Source: Chiloscyllium plagiosum
Lineage: Eukaryota
Reading direction: 5' to 3'
DNA length: 64,000 bases
NCBI RefSeq assembly: GCF_004010195.1
Contig: NC_057752.1
Coordinates: 5,385,223 to 5,449,222 of the forward strand
In this document: positions 38,260 to 51,487 of the stretch, one piece after another
Layout: the number at the start of each line of letters is the position of its first letter
How positions within the stretch are numbered: the first letter of the stretch is position 1
Notes under the pieces: model-generated
What the model was told of the DNA's origin: nothing
Databases searched by the model: none
The model's input: only the letters and a program-made list of their open reading frames with translations
Made by a program: the position numbers and the translations under genes

Positions 38260-39675
38260 CCATCTGGAGTAGTTCAAGATGATTGGAGGATGGCAAATGT
38301 TATTCCCTTGTTCAAGAAAGGGATTAAGGATAATGCTGGGAATTACAGACCAATCATGCTTACGTCTGTGGTCGGCAAAGTATTGGAGAGACAATATTTA
38401 TGATTACTTGGAAAACCATTGTTTCATTAGAGATTGTCAGCATGGCCTTGAGAGGCATAGGTCATGCCTTATTGAATTCTTTGAGAATGACAAAGTGCGT
38501 TGTTGAAGGTAGAGCAGTGGACGTGGTATACATGGATTTTAGCAAGGTGTTTGATAAGGTTCCACATGGTTGGTTCATTCAGAAAGTAAGGCGGCATGGG
38601 ATACAGGGAAATCTGGCTGTCTGTTTGCAGAATTGGGTGGCCCATAGAAGGCAGAGGATGGTGGTAGATGGAAAGTATTCTGCCTGGAGTTCAGTGACCT
38701 GTGGTGTTTCGCAGGGATCGTTTTGGGACCTCTGCTCTTTGTGATTTGATTTATAAATGACTTGGATGAGTAAGTGGAAGGGTGGATTTGTATGTTTGCC
38801 CATGACACAAAAGTTGGTGGAGTTGTCGATAACATGCAACGGGACATTGACAGGATGCAGAGCTGGGCTGAGAAGTGGCAGATGGAGTTTAACCTGTAAA
38901 AGTGTGAAGTGATTCAGTTTGGAAGGTCGAAATTGAATGCAGAATACAGGGTTAAAGGCAAGATTCTTGGCACTGTGAAGGAACAGAGGGATCTTGAGGT
39001 CCATCTCCATAGATCCCTCAAAGTTGCCACCCAAGTTGACAGGGTTGTTAAGAAGGCGTATGGTGTGTTGGCTTCCATTAGCAGGGGGATTGAGTTTAAA
39101 ACCCACAAGGTTATGCTGCAGCTCCATAGAGCCCTGGTTAGACCACACTTGGAATATTGTGTTCAGTTCTGGTCGCCTCAATATAGGAAAAATGTGGAAG
39201 TTTTAGAGGGGGTGCAGAGGAGATGTACCAGGATGCTGCTGGACTGGAGGGCACATCTTGTGAAGTAAGGTTGAGGGAGCTTGGGCTTTTCTCATTGGAG
39301 TGAAGAAGGATGAGAGGTGACTTGATGGAGTTATCCAAGATGTTGAGAGGCATAAATAGTGGGTAGCCAGAGACATTTTCCCAGGGCGGAAATGTCTGTC
39401 ATGAGGGGACACAATTTTAAGGTGATTGGAAGAAGGTTTAGGAGAGATGTCAGAGGTAGGTTCTTTATACAGAGTGGTGGGTGCATGGAATGCACTGCCA
39501 ACGGTGGTAGCAGAGTCGGACACATAAGGGACATTTAAGCGACTCTTGGATAGGCATATGTAGGGTATGTAGGTTAGTCTGATCTTAGAGTAGGCTAAAA
39601 GGCTGGCACAACATTGAGGGCCGAAGGACCTGTACTGTGCTGTACTGTTTTATGTTCGATGTTCTATATTCTATA
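38260..39675 (+). mobile_element. CR1 LINE, decayed RT domain and tail
   Basis: VDVVYMDFSKVFDKVPHG, GVSQGS, LHRALVRPHLEYCVQFWSP; (TATGTTC)n-like tail. Confidence 0.92.
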
Positions 39676-40163
39676 CCTGCTGCATGTCTTGTTTCTAACT
39701 TCTGATAATGTACGTTTTTTTTTAAAAAAAGTCACTTCACTACTTTCTTCCTTGAGCAGATGCCATTCTTACTGATGCATTAATGTGTTTGCTCAGAAAT
39801 GCAAACCGCTCTATTAAAACAACGCTCTAATAACATTACATAAATTCACATCTCTTGCAAAAGATATGGTTTAAAAGATTAGTTGCTGCGCACCATCGGT
39901 GAAAGCTGAAGGAGGCTTGATACGGTGCCTGCAATTTTTGGATATTATGCATCATGACTTGTGCTAGCTTCGAAGTTGTGTTATGGATCCATTTTGTCTT
40001 TGAGATGAATTGATAATGGCCTGTTCATTCCACAGATCAGCTCAGAGGGCCCTGTGGCTGAAGTCATCTGCAGGTCACCTGTTCCATACAGATTTCTTTA
40101 GATGACAAATTGTTTTGATCTTCAACATGCTGTTTTATATCTAACTTCTTTCTTGCTTTTCAG

Positions 40164-40214
40164 CAAAAGGCCAAAGACAACAGGGCAGCTCAGCGCATCA
40201 ACAAAGCACAGAAG
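40164..40214 (+). CDS. KMT2D: KMT2D exon (~exon 30), 51 nt, phase 0->0; end of the HMG-box
   Basis: tttcag|CAAAAG ... GAAG|gtaatt; QKAKDNRAAQRINKAQK. Confidence 0.95.
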
Positions 40215-40829
40215 GTAATTTAGCTTGGCTCTTTACCTGGAGCGTGCCTAAATTAATTGATTAGTTTAATTAGAGGGTGTTTGAAATTGTGTCTTGTGAT
40301 TTTCAAGTGTTATTAAAGGCAGTATGTATATATTCGCAGCTTTAGATTGTCCCTTATACAGTATTAATATATGTATTTATATTATTGCCTTACATTGAAA
40401 CTAGTTTGTAGTGCTTCACACTCTCTGAATTACTTTGAAGCGTCTTGATAGTCCTTTGTGCTCAAGGGTGACCTTTGTTGAAAGGTGAATTCATCCTTCA
40501 TTTTTAAACTTTCATCAGGGTTCAAAAGATTGCTTCTGTGTATGCTTGCTCTGTTTTTGCCATTTAGAGGACAACAATGCATTAGTTCTTTTACCAACTG
40601 TCAACATCATGTAACCGTGATTACCTATTAGATTTTCACAATTATAGTGAAATTACATACTTTTAGCTTGTGTTTATATACTCTTGCATCTTTCTCATTA
40701 TTCACTGTGACATCTTCATTTGCATTCAAGAGCCAAGTTGACTTGTCCTGATCAGCCCTCTCCCTTCTCCTGCACCTCTCTGAATAAATTAACCCAACAT
40801 ATAAGGAATTTTTCCTTTTGTTTTCACAG

Positions 40830-42764
40830 CAAGTTGATATGCAAGGTAACAGGCAGCCCAAAATTGAGAGACCAGATGTAAAACAGGATCGTAAACCACC
40901 CCGTCATCTGCAAACCTTGACTCAGAATACTGCAGTGAGCAATCTCACTTCTGCAACGTTAGTTGGGGGGAATTCCAGTTCGCCAGCAGAACTAAGGATT
41001 GAAGGTTTACGCCAGAATTCTTCTTTATACGGTAACAAATCATTTACTACCTCGGCCAATGAATTTGTGAAATTGCAGTCAGCAAGCCCATCGTCTACAG
41101 ACTCCAACAGTGATTTGTTTCCAAAACTGCACATGCAGTCTCCAACTGGAATTGTAGCCCAGGATCCTTTTGGGCATTCACTCACACCATACCCTCAGGA
41201 ACCAAACGTTCAGTCTTCCAGTAATCCAAGTCAAGCACCAGCATGGAACAGCTCCCATCACCAATCGGGTGTACCTCGTCCTGTTGTTCCAGGCCGACCA
41301 CAGCTTGTTGGTTCTTCGGAGCTGCATTCTACAACAGCAGGCACGTCACACCATCAGCTCCCTTTAACTCCTGACTCTTACCTTCGATCTAGAGTGCTCG
41401 GTGAGTCGCATGATAGCCACACAGTTGATCAGCCTTTAGGAAGTCCAGGGTTTCGTTCATCGCAGGCAACAGATTGTTACGCGAAACCAACTGAAACTTT
41501 AGCATTACCATCATCAACTGGGGAACAGTTAAGGCGACTCTCAGATTCAGAAGTTGGAGCACAGCATACCAGAAATGAACAGTATACAGGAGTCATGAGG
41601 CAAGATTTGAGTGCAAATTCCTTGGCACTTTACAGAGCTGCAATGTTGGATCCAAGTATGAATGTACGGTCACTCTCTGATGGGAGGGACAGAGATATCT
41701 TCAAAGCACCTTTAACTCCCAGATCATCGTATATGGACCAAACGCCCATAGTACCTACTCAGCGTTCTCAGGAACTACACCCTCAGTCTCAGGGTGTCTC
41801 ACCACAAACTCAGACAGATTTGTACAGGCAGTCTCCTTCTACACCATTTTCTGATCCATATCATCAACCTCCTTTGACACCACGGCCATCTTCTAGCGAA
41901 AGCTGCTCTCCGCTACCTCCTAAATCTCTCCCTTCTGATTCTCTTTCCAGGGTCCCCATGAGTCCACAGTCTCAGTGCAGTTCACCATTGACACCCAGGC
42001 CACATTCCAATGAGACATTTTCTCAGTCTCCCATTGCTTCTAGATTCCAATCACCAGATCCTTATTCTAGGCCACCTTCAAGAGATCCTTATGCTCAGCT
42101 TCACAAGCCACAGAGACCCCAAATGGTTGACACAGGATTTAAATCCTCACCAGTGCCTCATGGGCAGCCACCTGGTACAATTCCGCATTCAGCAATGTTT
42201 TCTCAACACACTGACAGCTTAAAAACAGCTTATGTAATGCAGCCTCAATCGCCAAGACCTCACTCTTTTGATGCATGTTCCAAGACGTTTACCAGTGCTC
42301 AGCCACAAAGTCCATTTCCATTCACTTCTTCACCAGGCGATATGGTGAAAGAAACCCATTCTCAGCAGTCAATATCTCAGATGCCGCGAGCAAATAATTT
42401 TCCACAAAGTCACCTGATGGGCAGCCAGCTCAATACAAATGATGCTCATTGTCCTCCGCTCAATGCCAATAATCAGTCAGGACTTCCAGATTCAGCATCT
42501 ATCACGAGAGATGAAACTTTCACCAATATGCCTTTACGGCCATCCTTGATCAAGCAAGATACACTACCTTTGCAGCAAGATTGTTCGTACCAAACTTCAA
42601 GCAGCCGTTCAGTGACTGATTCATCTCCATCAGAGAGAAGCAGTGAGAGTTCCACACCGGTGCATCCCCCGGCATCTCCCAGCAGAGATTTGCATGAGCT
42701 TCCATTTAACAGGGGAGCACAAACTGGCAATCTCAGTCAGACAGAGCTGGAGAAACAGAGACAG
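40830..42764 (+). CDS. KMT2D: KMT2D large exon (~exon 31), 1935 nt, phase 0->0; P/S-rich disordered region
   Basis: Lies within ORF 40818..42788; tcacag|CAAGTT ... ACAG|gttaga; motifs DIFKAPLTPR, DPYHQPPLTPRP, RFQSPDPYSRPPSR, LSQTELEKQRQ. Confidence 0.95.
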
Positions 42765-43019
42765 GTTAGAATCTGTAGTATTCCATGAAACTGATTACAT
42801 ACACTTGCCAACTGTTATTTTAAGTTAGAATTATCACACTTGGTTATAGTTAACTGTTGCAATCACAGGTCACTGGGAAGCAAGAAGATAATGAAACGTT
42901 ATTAGTGTCAGTTGTGGCTAAATGGCTGTGATTCTGTCCTGTTTCATTTTAGAAGGATGTATGTTCATGTTATATCCCAGACAAAATTGTTACACTACCT
43001 GAGTTATATATTGATTATG

Positions 43020-43715
43020 AATGTTAAACCAAGGCCCTGGTTTCCCTGTCTGGATATAAAAGATCTCGTGGCACTATTTTGAAGAACAGACATATTTCCC
43101 CAGTGTTTTAATCAGCAGTTACCCCATAATCTCTGCTGCTTTGTCCCCCAGCAATTATGTCAATTGTTTGAATGTGAGGGTTAAACATAAGATTTGCAAG
43201 TTCGCTGGTGCCACAAAACTAGGTGGAACTTGAGTTGAGAATACAACAAGGCCCCCAAGAAGATTTAAACAGGCTTACTGAGTAGACAAAAATTTGGCAG
43301 ATGGAATATATGGAAAAATCTGAAGTTTTCTACTTTAGAATTCTTTACTACAGTGTGCTGTGGAGGTTCAGTAATTGAGTATATTCAAACATATTTCTGT
43401 TTATTTCTGGATATTGAAGATGTAGAAGGAAATGGGAATAGTATGGGGCAAAGGCATTGAGGAAGATGATCAGCCATGATCTCATTGAAGGACTGAGTAG
43501 CTTATTCCTGCACCTATTTCCTATGTTCCTTTCACTAAAGCAGATCATCTGTCATGATTAGACTCTTTTTTTTAAATTGGTGAGACCTTGCTCTGCATGA
43601 ATTAACTGCCAAGTTTCCTACCTTACAGTAGTGACTAGACTTAAAAAGATTTATTTCTGAATAGCCGTGGGGGATATCCTGAGATCTCAAAATCCGGTAT
43701 ATAAAAGAAAAGTGT
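43020..43715 (+). mobile_element. Old Deu-SINE (SacSINE1/AmnSINE-like) split by a CR1 remnant at ~43170-43535
   Basis: GGATATAAAAGATCTCGTGGCACTATTTTGAAGAA, resuming with GACCTTGCTCTGCATGAATTAACTGCC...CAGTAGTGACT; resemblance to the Deu domain is from memory. Confidence 0.5.
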
Positions 43716-44019
43716 TTTTCTCCCCCCATTTGAATATCTTTTCAGTTAACTGATGCTGGATCCTTGTTTGGGGAGTTCTTAATATACCTTTGTGCAGTCT
43801 GTTATGGGTTGAGGTGATCCAAGTGATCTGTTTTTTAAGCATTGACCAAACTTGCCAGTTGCTTTGAAAGATAGTATTACTGGACAGCTTAGAATTTAAC
43901 TTCCATCATCTCTGGACTATAAACAATTGCTATAATTGCTGCAGTTTAGATCTCTATTTAATGAAAAAATTACAACTTTTGTTGAAATGCAATTCCTTTA
44001 AGTATCTTTGTCTTTTCAG

Positions 44020-44199
44020 CGGCAGAGATTGCGTCAGCTTTTGATCCGTCAGCAAATACAACGGAATAACTTGCGACAGGAGAAAGAACAGGCTGCTGCA
44101 TGCGGGGGAGGCACTACTACAACTAGTTGGTCGCAAGAAAGTTCAAACCAGCCCCATGAGCTACAGACAAGAGCACCACCTCCATACCCCCTCTCCCAG
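44020..44199 (+). CDS. KMT2D: KMT2D exon (~exon 32), 180 nt, phase 0->0; LxxLL and PPxY motifs
   Basis: tttcag|CGGCAG ... CCAG|gtacct; RQRLRQLLIRQQIQRNNLRQEKE...RAPPPYP. Confidence 0.95.
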
Positions 44200-44936
44200 G
44201 TACCTACTGATATTGGTTGTCTGGTATTTTAAACAACTTCCCGTACTGTCTCCTTTTCATCAATTAATATCTGGGCTAATTGATAACATGAATTGTACTT
44301 AGTTGAACAGTTACGCTTCGGTTTTTCATGTGTAGGAGCTTGAAAAAACTAATGGTTCTCCCATTCCCCTCCAATGTGTGTTCTGCTGCTTCATTTTAGA
44401 AGGTAAAATCTTCCACATATGTGAATATTCATTGCAGATCCTTCTGAAGCCACCTCTGTCCCAAACCTGACCACTTGGCTATAGTTAGTCAAATCATTTC
44501 CAGATCTCAGATGTACTAAGGTGGAGTTTGAAGTTTGATATTCTGTCATATTGCAGTTATTGAGACAGCGCAGCATTTGCAGTTTATCTTGGATTTATCA
44601 ACCATCGTATCACAACTCCGAAACATCATGTTTCAAAAGAGCAAATTTGCAGGACTTCAAAGTTCATCGCTCCTGAAGTACTCAAGAACAATTGAGACAG
44701 TCATTATGTGGATCTTATGGCCCTCCAAGTAACGATGAGGCAACTTGCTCGTTATTCTATTTTGGTAGTGATAGTTGAGGGAAAATATAAGCGAGGTCAT
44801 AATCTAACATTTCTGGATTGCTGTAAGAGCTTTTTACTGTAAAGGATCTGACAACTTAAACTGCTTTAATTTACTTTTGCAGTACACAAGTTAATTTTTT
44901 TTAAGAAATATAAATCTTGATTTTTGCTTATTGTAG

Positions 44937-45094
44937 GATCGGTCTGGCCTGAGAGGGCTAATCCCTGGCTCAGGAAATGGAAGACTAATAAATCCGGTGG
45001 TCATAGATAAACAGCGATTGTTTCCTCAGGATGAGAATCTGTGTAGGCCTCCACAGCCAGGCAGTACCCCTACTGGTGAAGTAAACACGTCCAG
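44937..45094 (+). CDS. KMT2D: KMT2D exon (~exon 33), 158 nt, phase 0->2
   Basis: ttgtag|GATCGG ... CCAG|gtactt; DRSGLRG...FPQDENLCRPPQP...EVNTS(R); phase links both neighbours. Confidence 0.88.
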
Positions 45095-45578
45095 GTACTT
45101 GCAATCTAACTAATATCTATTTGTATTTAAATAGTCGTATGTACTGGTTAACTTGGTAGAGCAGTCTGTTAAAGCATAAGGGGCTAGCTGAAAGTTTAAA
45201 AACTATCTTTGTCGCCATGTTATTGGCCCAATTAGAAAGAAGGCATTGCTGGAAAATGAAATGGATTAAAGGTCTGTGGGGTTGCATTTGGATGAGATCT
45301 TGACTTTTCAATTCGGAATGAAAAAGAGCAAGAAACAATTCAAATAGTTCTAAGTTGGAAGAGGGTTATTTCAATGTGATGAAAAGAAAGCCGATTAGGG
45401 TAAAATGGAGCTGGAGATTGCTTCATAATTCTTTCCTGTCAGTGGGTAATGTTTAAGGAACAGATGCTTCAAATGCAAGCTAGTTCATTCCAACAATTGT
45501 AAAGGAACCAAAGCAGGGGTCCTTGGATGGTGAGGGGGGTAGAGATTATGATGAAGCAAAAGTGGAAATCATGTTCCA

Positions 45579-46787
45579 CAAATTTGATTGACCTTTGAAT
45601 AGGTGACCAAGAAGATAGGTGAAGGCAGAGTAATAGACGTTATCTACAACGACTTTAGGAAGACCTTCAACAAGGTTCCGCACGGTAGACTAGTTAGTAA
45701 GGTTAGATCACATGGGAATCGAGGGAGAGCTAGCCATTTAGATACAAAATTGACTTGATGGTAGGAGAGATGGAGAGGATAGTAGTAGAGGGTTATTTTT
45801 CAGATTGGAGGCCTGTGACTAGCAGTGTGCCGCAAGAAACAGTATTGGATCCATTGTTGTTTGTCATTTATATAATTGATTTTGATGAGAATATTAGAGG
45901 CATGATTAATAAGTTTGCAGATGACATCAAAATTAGTATAGTGGATAGTGAAGAAAGTTATCTAACAGTACAACGGGTCCTTGATCAACTCGGCCAATGG
46001 GCTGAGGAATGGCAGCTGGATTTTAATTCAGATAAATGTGAGGTGTTGCATCTTGATAAGAAACCAGGGCAGGACTTGCAGAGTTAATGGGTTCTTGGGG
46101 AGTGTTATCGAACAGAGACACCTAGGGGTGCAGTTATATAGCTCTTTGAAAGTGGTGTCACAAGTAGACAGTGTGACAAAGAAGACATTTGACACGCTCA
46201 CCTTCATCGGTTAGGACATTGTGTATTGGAGTTGGGACAGATACAGCTGTACAAGACATTGATAAGGCCACATTTGGAGTACTGCATACAGTTCTCGTCG
46301 CCCTGCTATAGGAAGGATGTTATCAAACTGGAAAGCATGCAAAAAGAATTTACGAGGATATTACACTGACTAAAAGGTTTGAGTTATAAAGGAGAGACTG
46401 GATAAGCTGGGACCTTTTTCCCTGGAGCATAAGAGGCTGAGGTGTGACCTTTTATAGAGGTATATCAAATCATGAGGAGTGTAGATAAGGTGAGTAGCCA
46501 GGGTTTTTTCCTCAGGGTAGGGTAGTCCAAAAGTAGAGGGCATAAGTTTTAGGTGAGAGGAGTAAGATTGAAAAGGGACTTGAGGGGGATGTTTTTCTCA
46601 CAGCAATGAGCTGCCAGAGGAAGTGAAAAAGGCTGGTACAATTACAACATTTAAAAGACATTTGGACAGGTGCATGGATGGAAAAGGTTGAGAGGGATAT
46701 GGGCCAAATGAGATTAGTTTAGTTTAGGAAACCTGGTCAGCATGGATGAGTTGGGCTGTTTCGTTGCTGTATGACTCTACAGACTCT
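45579..46787 (+). mobile_element. CR1 LINE, decayed RT domain and tail
   Basis: YFSDWRPVTSSVPQETVLDPLLFVIYI.DFD...NKFADDIKI, WQLDFNSDKCEVLH; TATGACTCT tail. Confidence 0.92.
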
Positions 46788-47485
46788 GTAACAAAGGAGG
46801 ATGGGTGCTGAATGTCAGCCGAGTTCTTCAGGTGAAAAATCTGATCAAGCACAATCTGTCGACTTGAGAGATGGAGGAAAATAAGGCAGGCAAAGTGAAA
46901 GCATGCAAATACTGGAAATGCCCAGCAGTGAAATGTCCACATCTGGAGTTCAGAGGATGGTTCATATTTCAGGTTGATCTTTTCGTGAGCATGGGATATA
47001 ATCTAAATGCCCAGTTCTGTTGATATTTTGCATTGTTGGATTTTTTTTTAAATCATTGGAGATCAGATTGAAGGTTTTTGGAATGATAATATTAGATTGC
47101 AGGGAATTATATCCTTAATATTAAATCATAGGGAAATTGGAATAATTTCAGTGTGCCAATAAGGGATCCAGTCAAGGTAAAATGGAACTGAAGATTTGCA
47201 GGAAGGAAATATGGGGTAAGAGTGCAATCCCAACTGGTGACTGCAACAAACCTTCTGTATTGCTAAGGACACTTGCACTTTCTAAAGATGTTGAGGTTGG
47301 ATGAATTTTTTTCCATGTTCCCTGAAGTTGTTAGTCACTAATTCTTTTAAACAAGTTGAGTGAGATGTTATTGCTAGGATCTGTTCATTAATAATGTCTT
47401 AAAAGTATTCCCATTTTAAAGGGAACTCTGACTAAAGATTGCTGCTTTCCATTATTTATATCCACAGTTGCATATTTTTTTCTAG

Positions 47486-49845
47486 ACAATCAGGAGTTGG
47501 TAACCCGCAAGGATTTCACCCAAGAAGCTTACCAGCTGCTCAACAACAACAGTGGCAGCAGCAGTTAGCACAAAGACTTCCTGGACAGACTCGTTTCCAG
47601 CAACCTGAGGCTTTGCATGTTAGCAGGCCTGCAATGACCATGCAAATGAACAACACAACTGGACTTAACCCTCGACTTGCCACTCAAATCACTTTTCAAA
47701 ATGCACAGCAACAAATTGTGGCTTCACCAATTCCTGTGAGCCCTCAGTACATAGAACTGAGACACAATTCCCAACGTTTACCCATTGCTGCCCAATTGAC
47801 ACAGCGTGCTCCCCAGCCAAGACCGCGTCTTCCACTACCAAATCAAGAAATCAATCAGTATGTGCACCAAATGCAAGGATGCAAGGTCATGTCAAGGGGT
47901 CCAGGTACACCTTTGTCGCAGTCACCAGTTGGGATTGCACTCTTGCCCCAGCAGAATATCTCTGCTCAGTTGCCGCCATCTCCTCAATCAGTGGAAGTAT
48001 CAAATGCCCAACAGCATATCCAAACAAAAGAGCCTTTAGAATCTACTGCACAAGTTCAATCACAACAGGTGTTTCAAACTACTTCATCGACATCATCCTC
48101 TCCTAGTTGCTGCTCAGACAGTTTGAAAGATAGCTCTGTATCCTTTCCACTTAACTCTGTCCCATCGATGTCCAGTGTAGTTACAGAGCATGCAGATTTA
48201 GATCCTCGGAAAATCCCTTGTGATGATTCAGTAGAAAAAGCCTTAGATGAAGAACTTGACTCGCCTAAAGAGCTAGATGAAGAAGATGACCTTGCCAATC
48301 TGAGTCTTGACCCAGACAGTAAGACAGATGATGAGCTTGGTAACCTTGATAACCTAGAAACCAATGACCCCCATCTAGATGATCTCTTGAAGTGTGAAGA
48401 GTTTGATCTACTGGCCTATACTGACCCTGAGCTAGACACAGGTGACAAAAAGGACATTTTTACAGAGCAGTTACGTTTAGTAGAATCTGCAAATGAGAAG
48501 GCAGAGGAAGGTCAGGATATTCTAGCTCATCAAGATGCTGTAAACCCTGCAATTAAAGGTACACTCAATAAAGTTAACAAATCTGATTTGGAAAAAACGG
48601 CAAAGGGAGATGAGCGTGAAAAAACATTGCCTAAATCCAATGTTGTTGCAGATACACTGTCTACATCCGATAGGGTTATGTGTGGATCAGTGAATAATGT
48701 CACTTCAGAGACAAACAGTAACAATCAGTGCAGTGATCCAGTTAACAGGTCCCCATCTACTGACGATCCTCCCAAACCTACTCTTGATCTAGTACTGAAG
48801 GTTGAGGAGAATATCTCCAAAAATTCACCCTGCCAATTTGTAGCAAATACATCTGACGCACAGACAGTTTTGATAAAATCAGAAAGTCAGTCAAAGGGAA
48901 ATGGTGAGAGAGGGGCAGCATCAGTGCTACTCAGTATTGGAACTGGCCTTAGTGTTAACGTAAGTGTAGCGCAATGTCATAGCACTGAATGTACTACCAG
49001 TGGAACACAAACTACTGCTCAAAGTGGTACAGTTGCTTCAAGTGGTCATGGGACTACACATATTTCCAGCAATGGTCATTCTAACTTGGATTTAGAAAGT
49101 AAACCTTGTACATCTTCGGCTCAGTTAGTATCAAAGATACCACTAGCTGCCCAGTCTAGACCAACAATAGATAAACTTGGACTAGACGAGATGTGCCATC
49201 ACGTGTCCAGTATGGAACCAAAACGTCGATCTGTGGATGACCTTGTTAAGGTAGAGAGTTCCCTGGAAGCAAGTGAGCTTCCACTACTCCTCCATGACTT
49301 ACTTGAGCAAGAGAAAATGGAATTGCAGCAGCAACAATTGGGAGGATCACAGTGTATACCACCGCAACAACCGCAGCAACATTCAACACCAAAGGCTCTC
49401 CAAGTTCTGCAACAACTTGAGGTTTCACATCAACAGAGTCATCCAGGACTTTCTCAACACCTTTCAACAACACAGCAATCTCAGCACCTTGAGGGGCCAT
49501 CACAAAATTTAAACCTACCACAACAACATATCCTGGGAGTGATACAGCATCATCACTTGGGGATCCCAAGATCTCTTCCATCTTCCCAGCAGCAACAGTT
49601 GACAGCGTCACAGCAACGGCTTGGAACCTCACCACATGTCGTCATGTCGCAGCAGCAGCATGTGGCAACAGGACAACACGCACCGCAGCAGTTGGTGGCT
49701 ACGCAACAGAATCAGCATATGACCTCACCACAATTGCTGCCAACTCAGCAGTTGGCTGTTTCGCAGTTGGGCATCATGCAGCAGACGCAGCAAGTTGTGA
49801 TGCAACAGCAGCAACAATTAGCCAATGCTTTCTTCCCAGATACAG
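47486..49845 (+). CDS. KMT2D: KMT2D large exon (~exon 34), 2360 nt, phase 2->1; acidic LxxLL block and Q-rich region
   Basis: Lies within ORF 47439..49877; ttctag|ACAATC ... ACAG|gtacag; QYIELRHN, DDELGNLDNLETNDPHLDDLL, ELPLLLHDLLEQEK, NAFFPDT. Confidence 0.95.
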
Positions 49846-51487
49846 GTACAGTAGGTAATGAGCAAACTTGCAAATAATTTCTTTTTGGTTGTCTGGAATT
49901 GGCTGATGCACTAAATTAGCAATATAATTGTTTGAATGCTGCTTTGTGTAGTTCATGTGGGTAGTAATAGGTTTTCTATGTATCTTGGCCATTGTTCCTG
50001 CTGCACGCAGCACCAAAGAAAAACAAGATATACCAAGTCATAGATCTTGTTGTTTATGGAATCTTGGTGTCGCAAAATGACTGTTGCATTTACTGTCACT
50101 GTGCTTCAAAGTAATTCATAATGTGTGAAGTGCTTTGAGACTTTTGAGAGAAGTGATTATGCACTACATGAGTGCAAGTCACTTTGTTTTTTCCCATTAT
50201 TTTCAATTGTGTTCCATTCGGGTGGTGGTCTTGTGTTCATTATAAAGTTCATTTTATCTTTCCACCATTGCAATTTCCGATATTTAATTTATTCAAACTG
50301 AATTTCTGCTTTGCACTACTGTTTAGTCAAGCTTCATTTTTTTTTAGTGATGAAAATTATGTAATTCAATAAGAATTTGAGCAAGTTGCCATGAACAAAT
50401 GGCTGTCGTTGTTACAATTACCATCACGCTGTAGAAATAAAAAAGGGAAACTGTAATTATTAGATAATATGCAAGGCAACATTTAACATTGTAAATAAAT
50501 CTGTGTCCTTCTCGAATAACTAGGGCTAACTGCTGATGGTCAACTGGTTCAATTCTTGTTTCCTTGTATTCTGGACCCATCACAGTTCAGTCATAGTTCA
50601 TTTTGTTCGGTCACCATAATTCTTTCCATTCCTCATCCTCGACTAGCTGTAGGAACGTTGTCCGTTTGTGATATTCAAAGGAAAGCATACACTGTCGTCT
50701 TGTGAAAAATGTCGTGATATTGTGGCTAGGTGATGCTGCATGTGATCTCCTCTTGCAACATATGGACTCCGGGATCTCTGATACTGTACTAATGCAACAT
50801 TTTCCAGGAAATCTTTGGTGTTTGTATCATATCCTGTCAACAAAAGTTTTGAGTTATCCTTTGTTCAGGTGTAGGTTTGACGCAATAGCAATGTATATTC
50901 CATTAATCAGTTGCATCCAGATTTTTGTATCACTTTTCAGGAAGATTTATACTAAGAGATAAAACACAAAACGAGTTAAACTAGTGCTATTCCCTTTCAA
51001 GTGGAGCATTCAGAAGAAAGAAAAGGTATGATGTTTAGTTTGTTTTTATAGAAGGAAAGTTTTTACATGTTGATTGTAAAAGTTGTTCAATCAGCTGTAA
51101 TGTTGCTCTCATGACTGTAACAATTTTTATGTTAGTTGATAGAGTGGTTAGTCCTGTATAATGGGTGTTATGGGTTCCTGCATCTAATGACTGTGGACTC
51201 CCTGCACCAACTAGCCGAGACTATCCTGCTGCATGCATACTCTGAATTCAGGAACTGGAACTGCTTAGAGTTGAGTGTGAACCTTGCACCCTACTCAGAG
51301 GCAGGGATATGAGCACAGCTGAAGTCGTGCTCCCTGTTTTTTATATCTCTGAAATCTGAACAATGATCAATCCAATCTCTCTCTGTTGATCATGTGTGTT
51401 CTCTCCCACATGCAGACATTCTTGTCCCTCTCAAGTCATTGTGAGTGTATGCCTGTACCAATACCTACAACAGGCTTTAAAATCTTT

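Noticed and set aside
32770..40214. Assignment to KMT2C
   Set aside because: The HMG-box residues (LSTISPVLYAN, SRCKQI, KAKDNRAA) match KMT2D as recalled, not KMT2C.
40818..49877. ORFs 40818..42788 and 47439..49877 as stand-alone genes
   Set aside because: Both begin at TTG in polypyrimidine tracts and are bounded by in-phase splice sites; they are internal exons.
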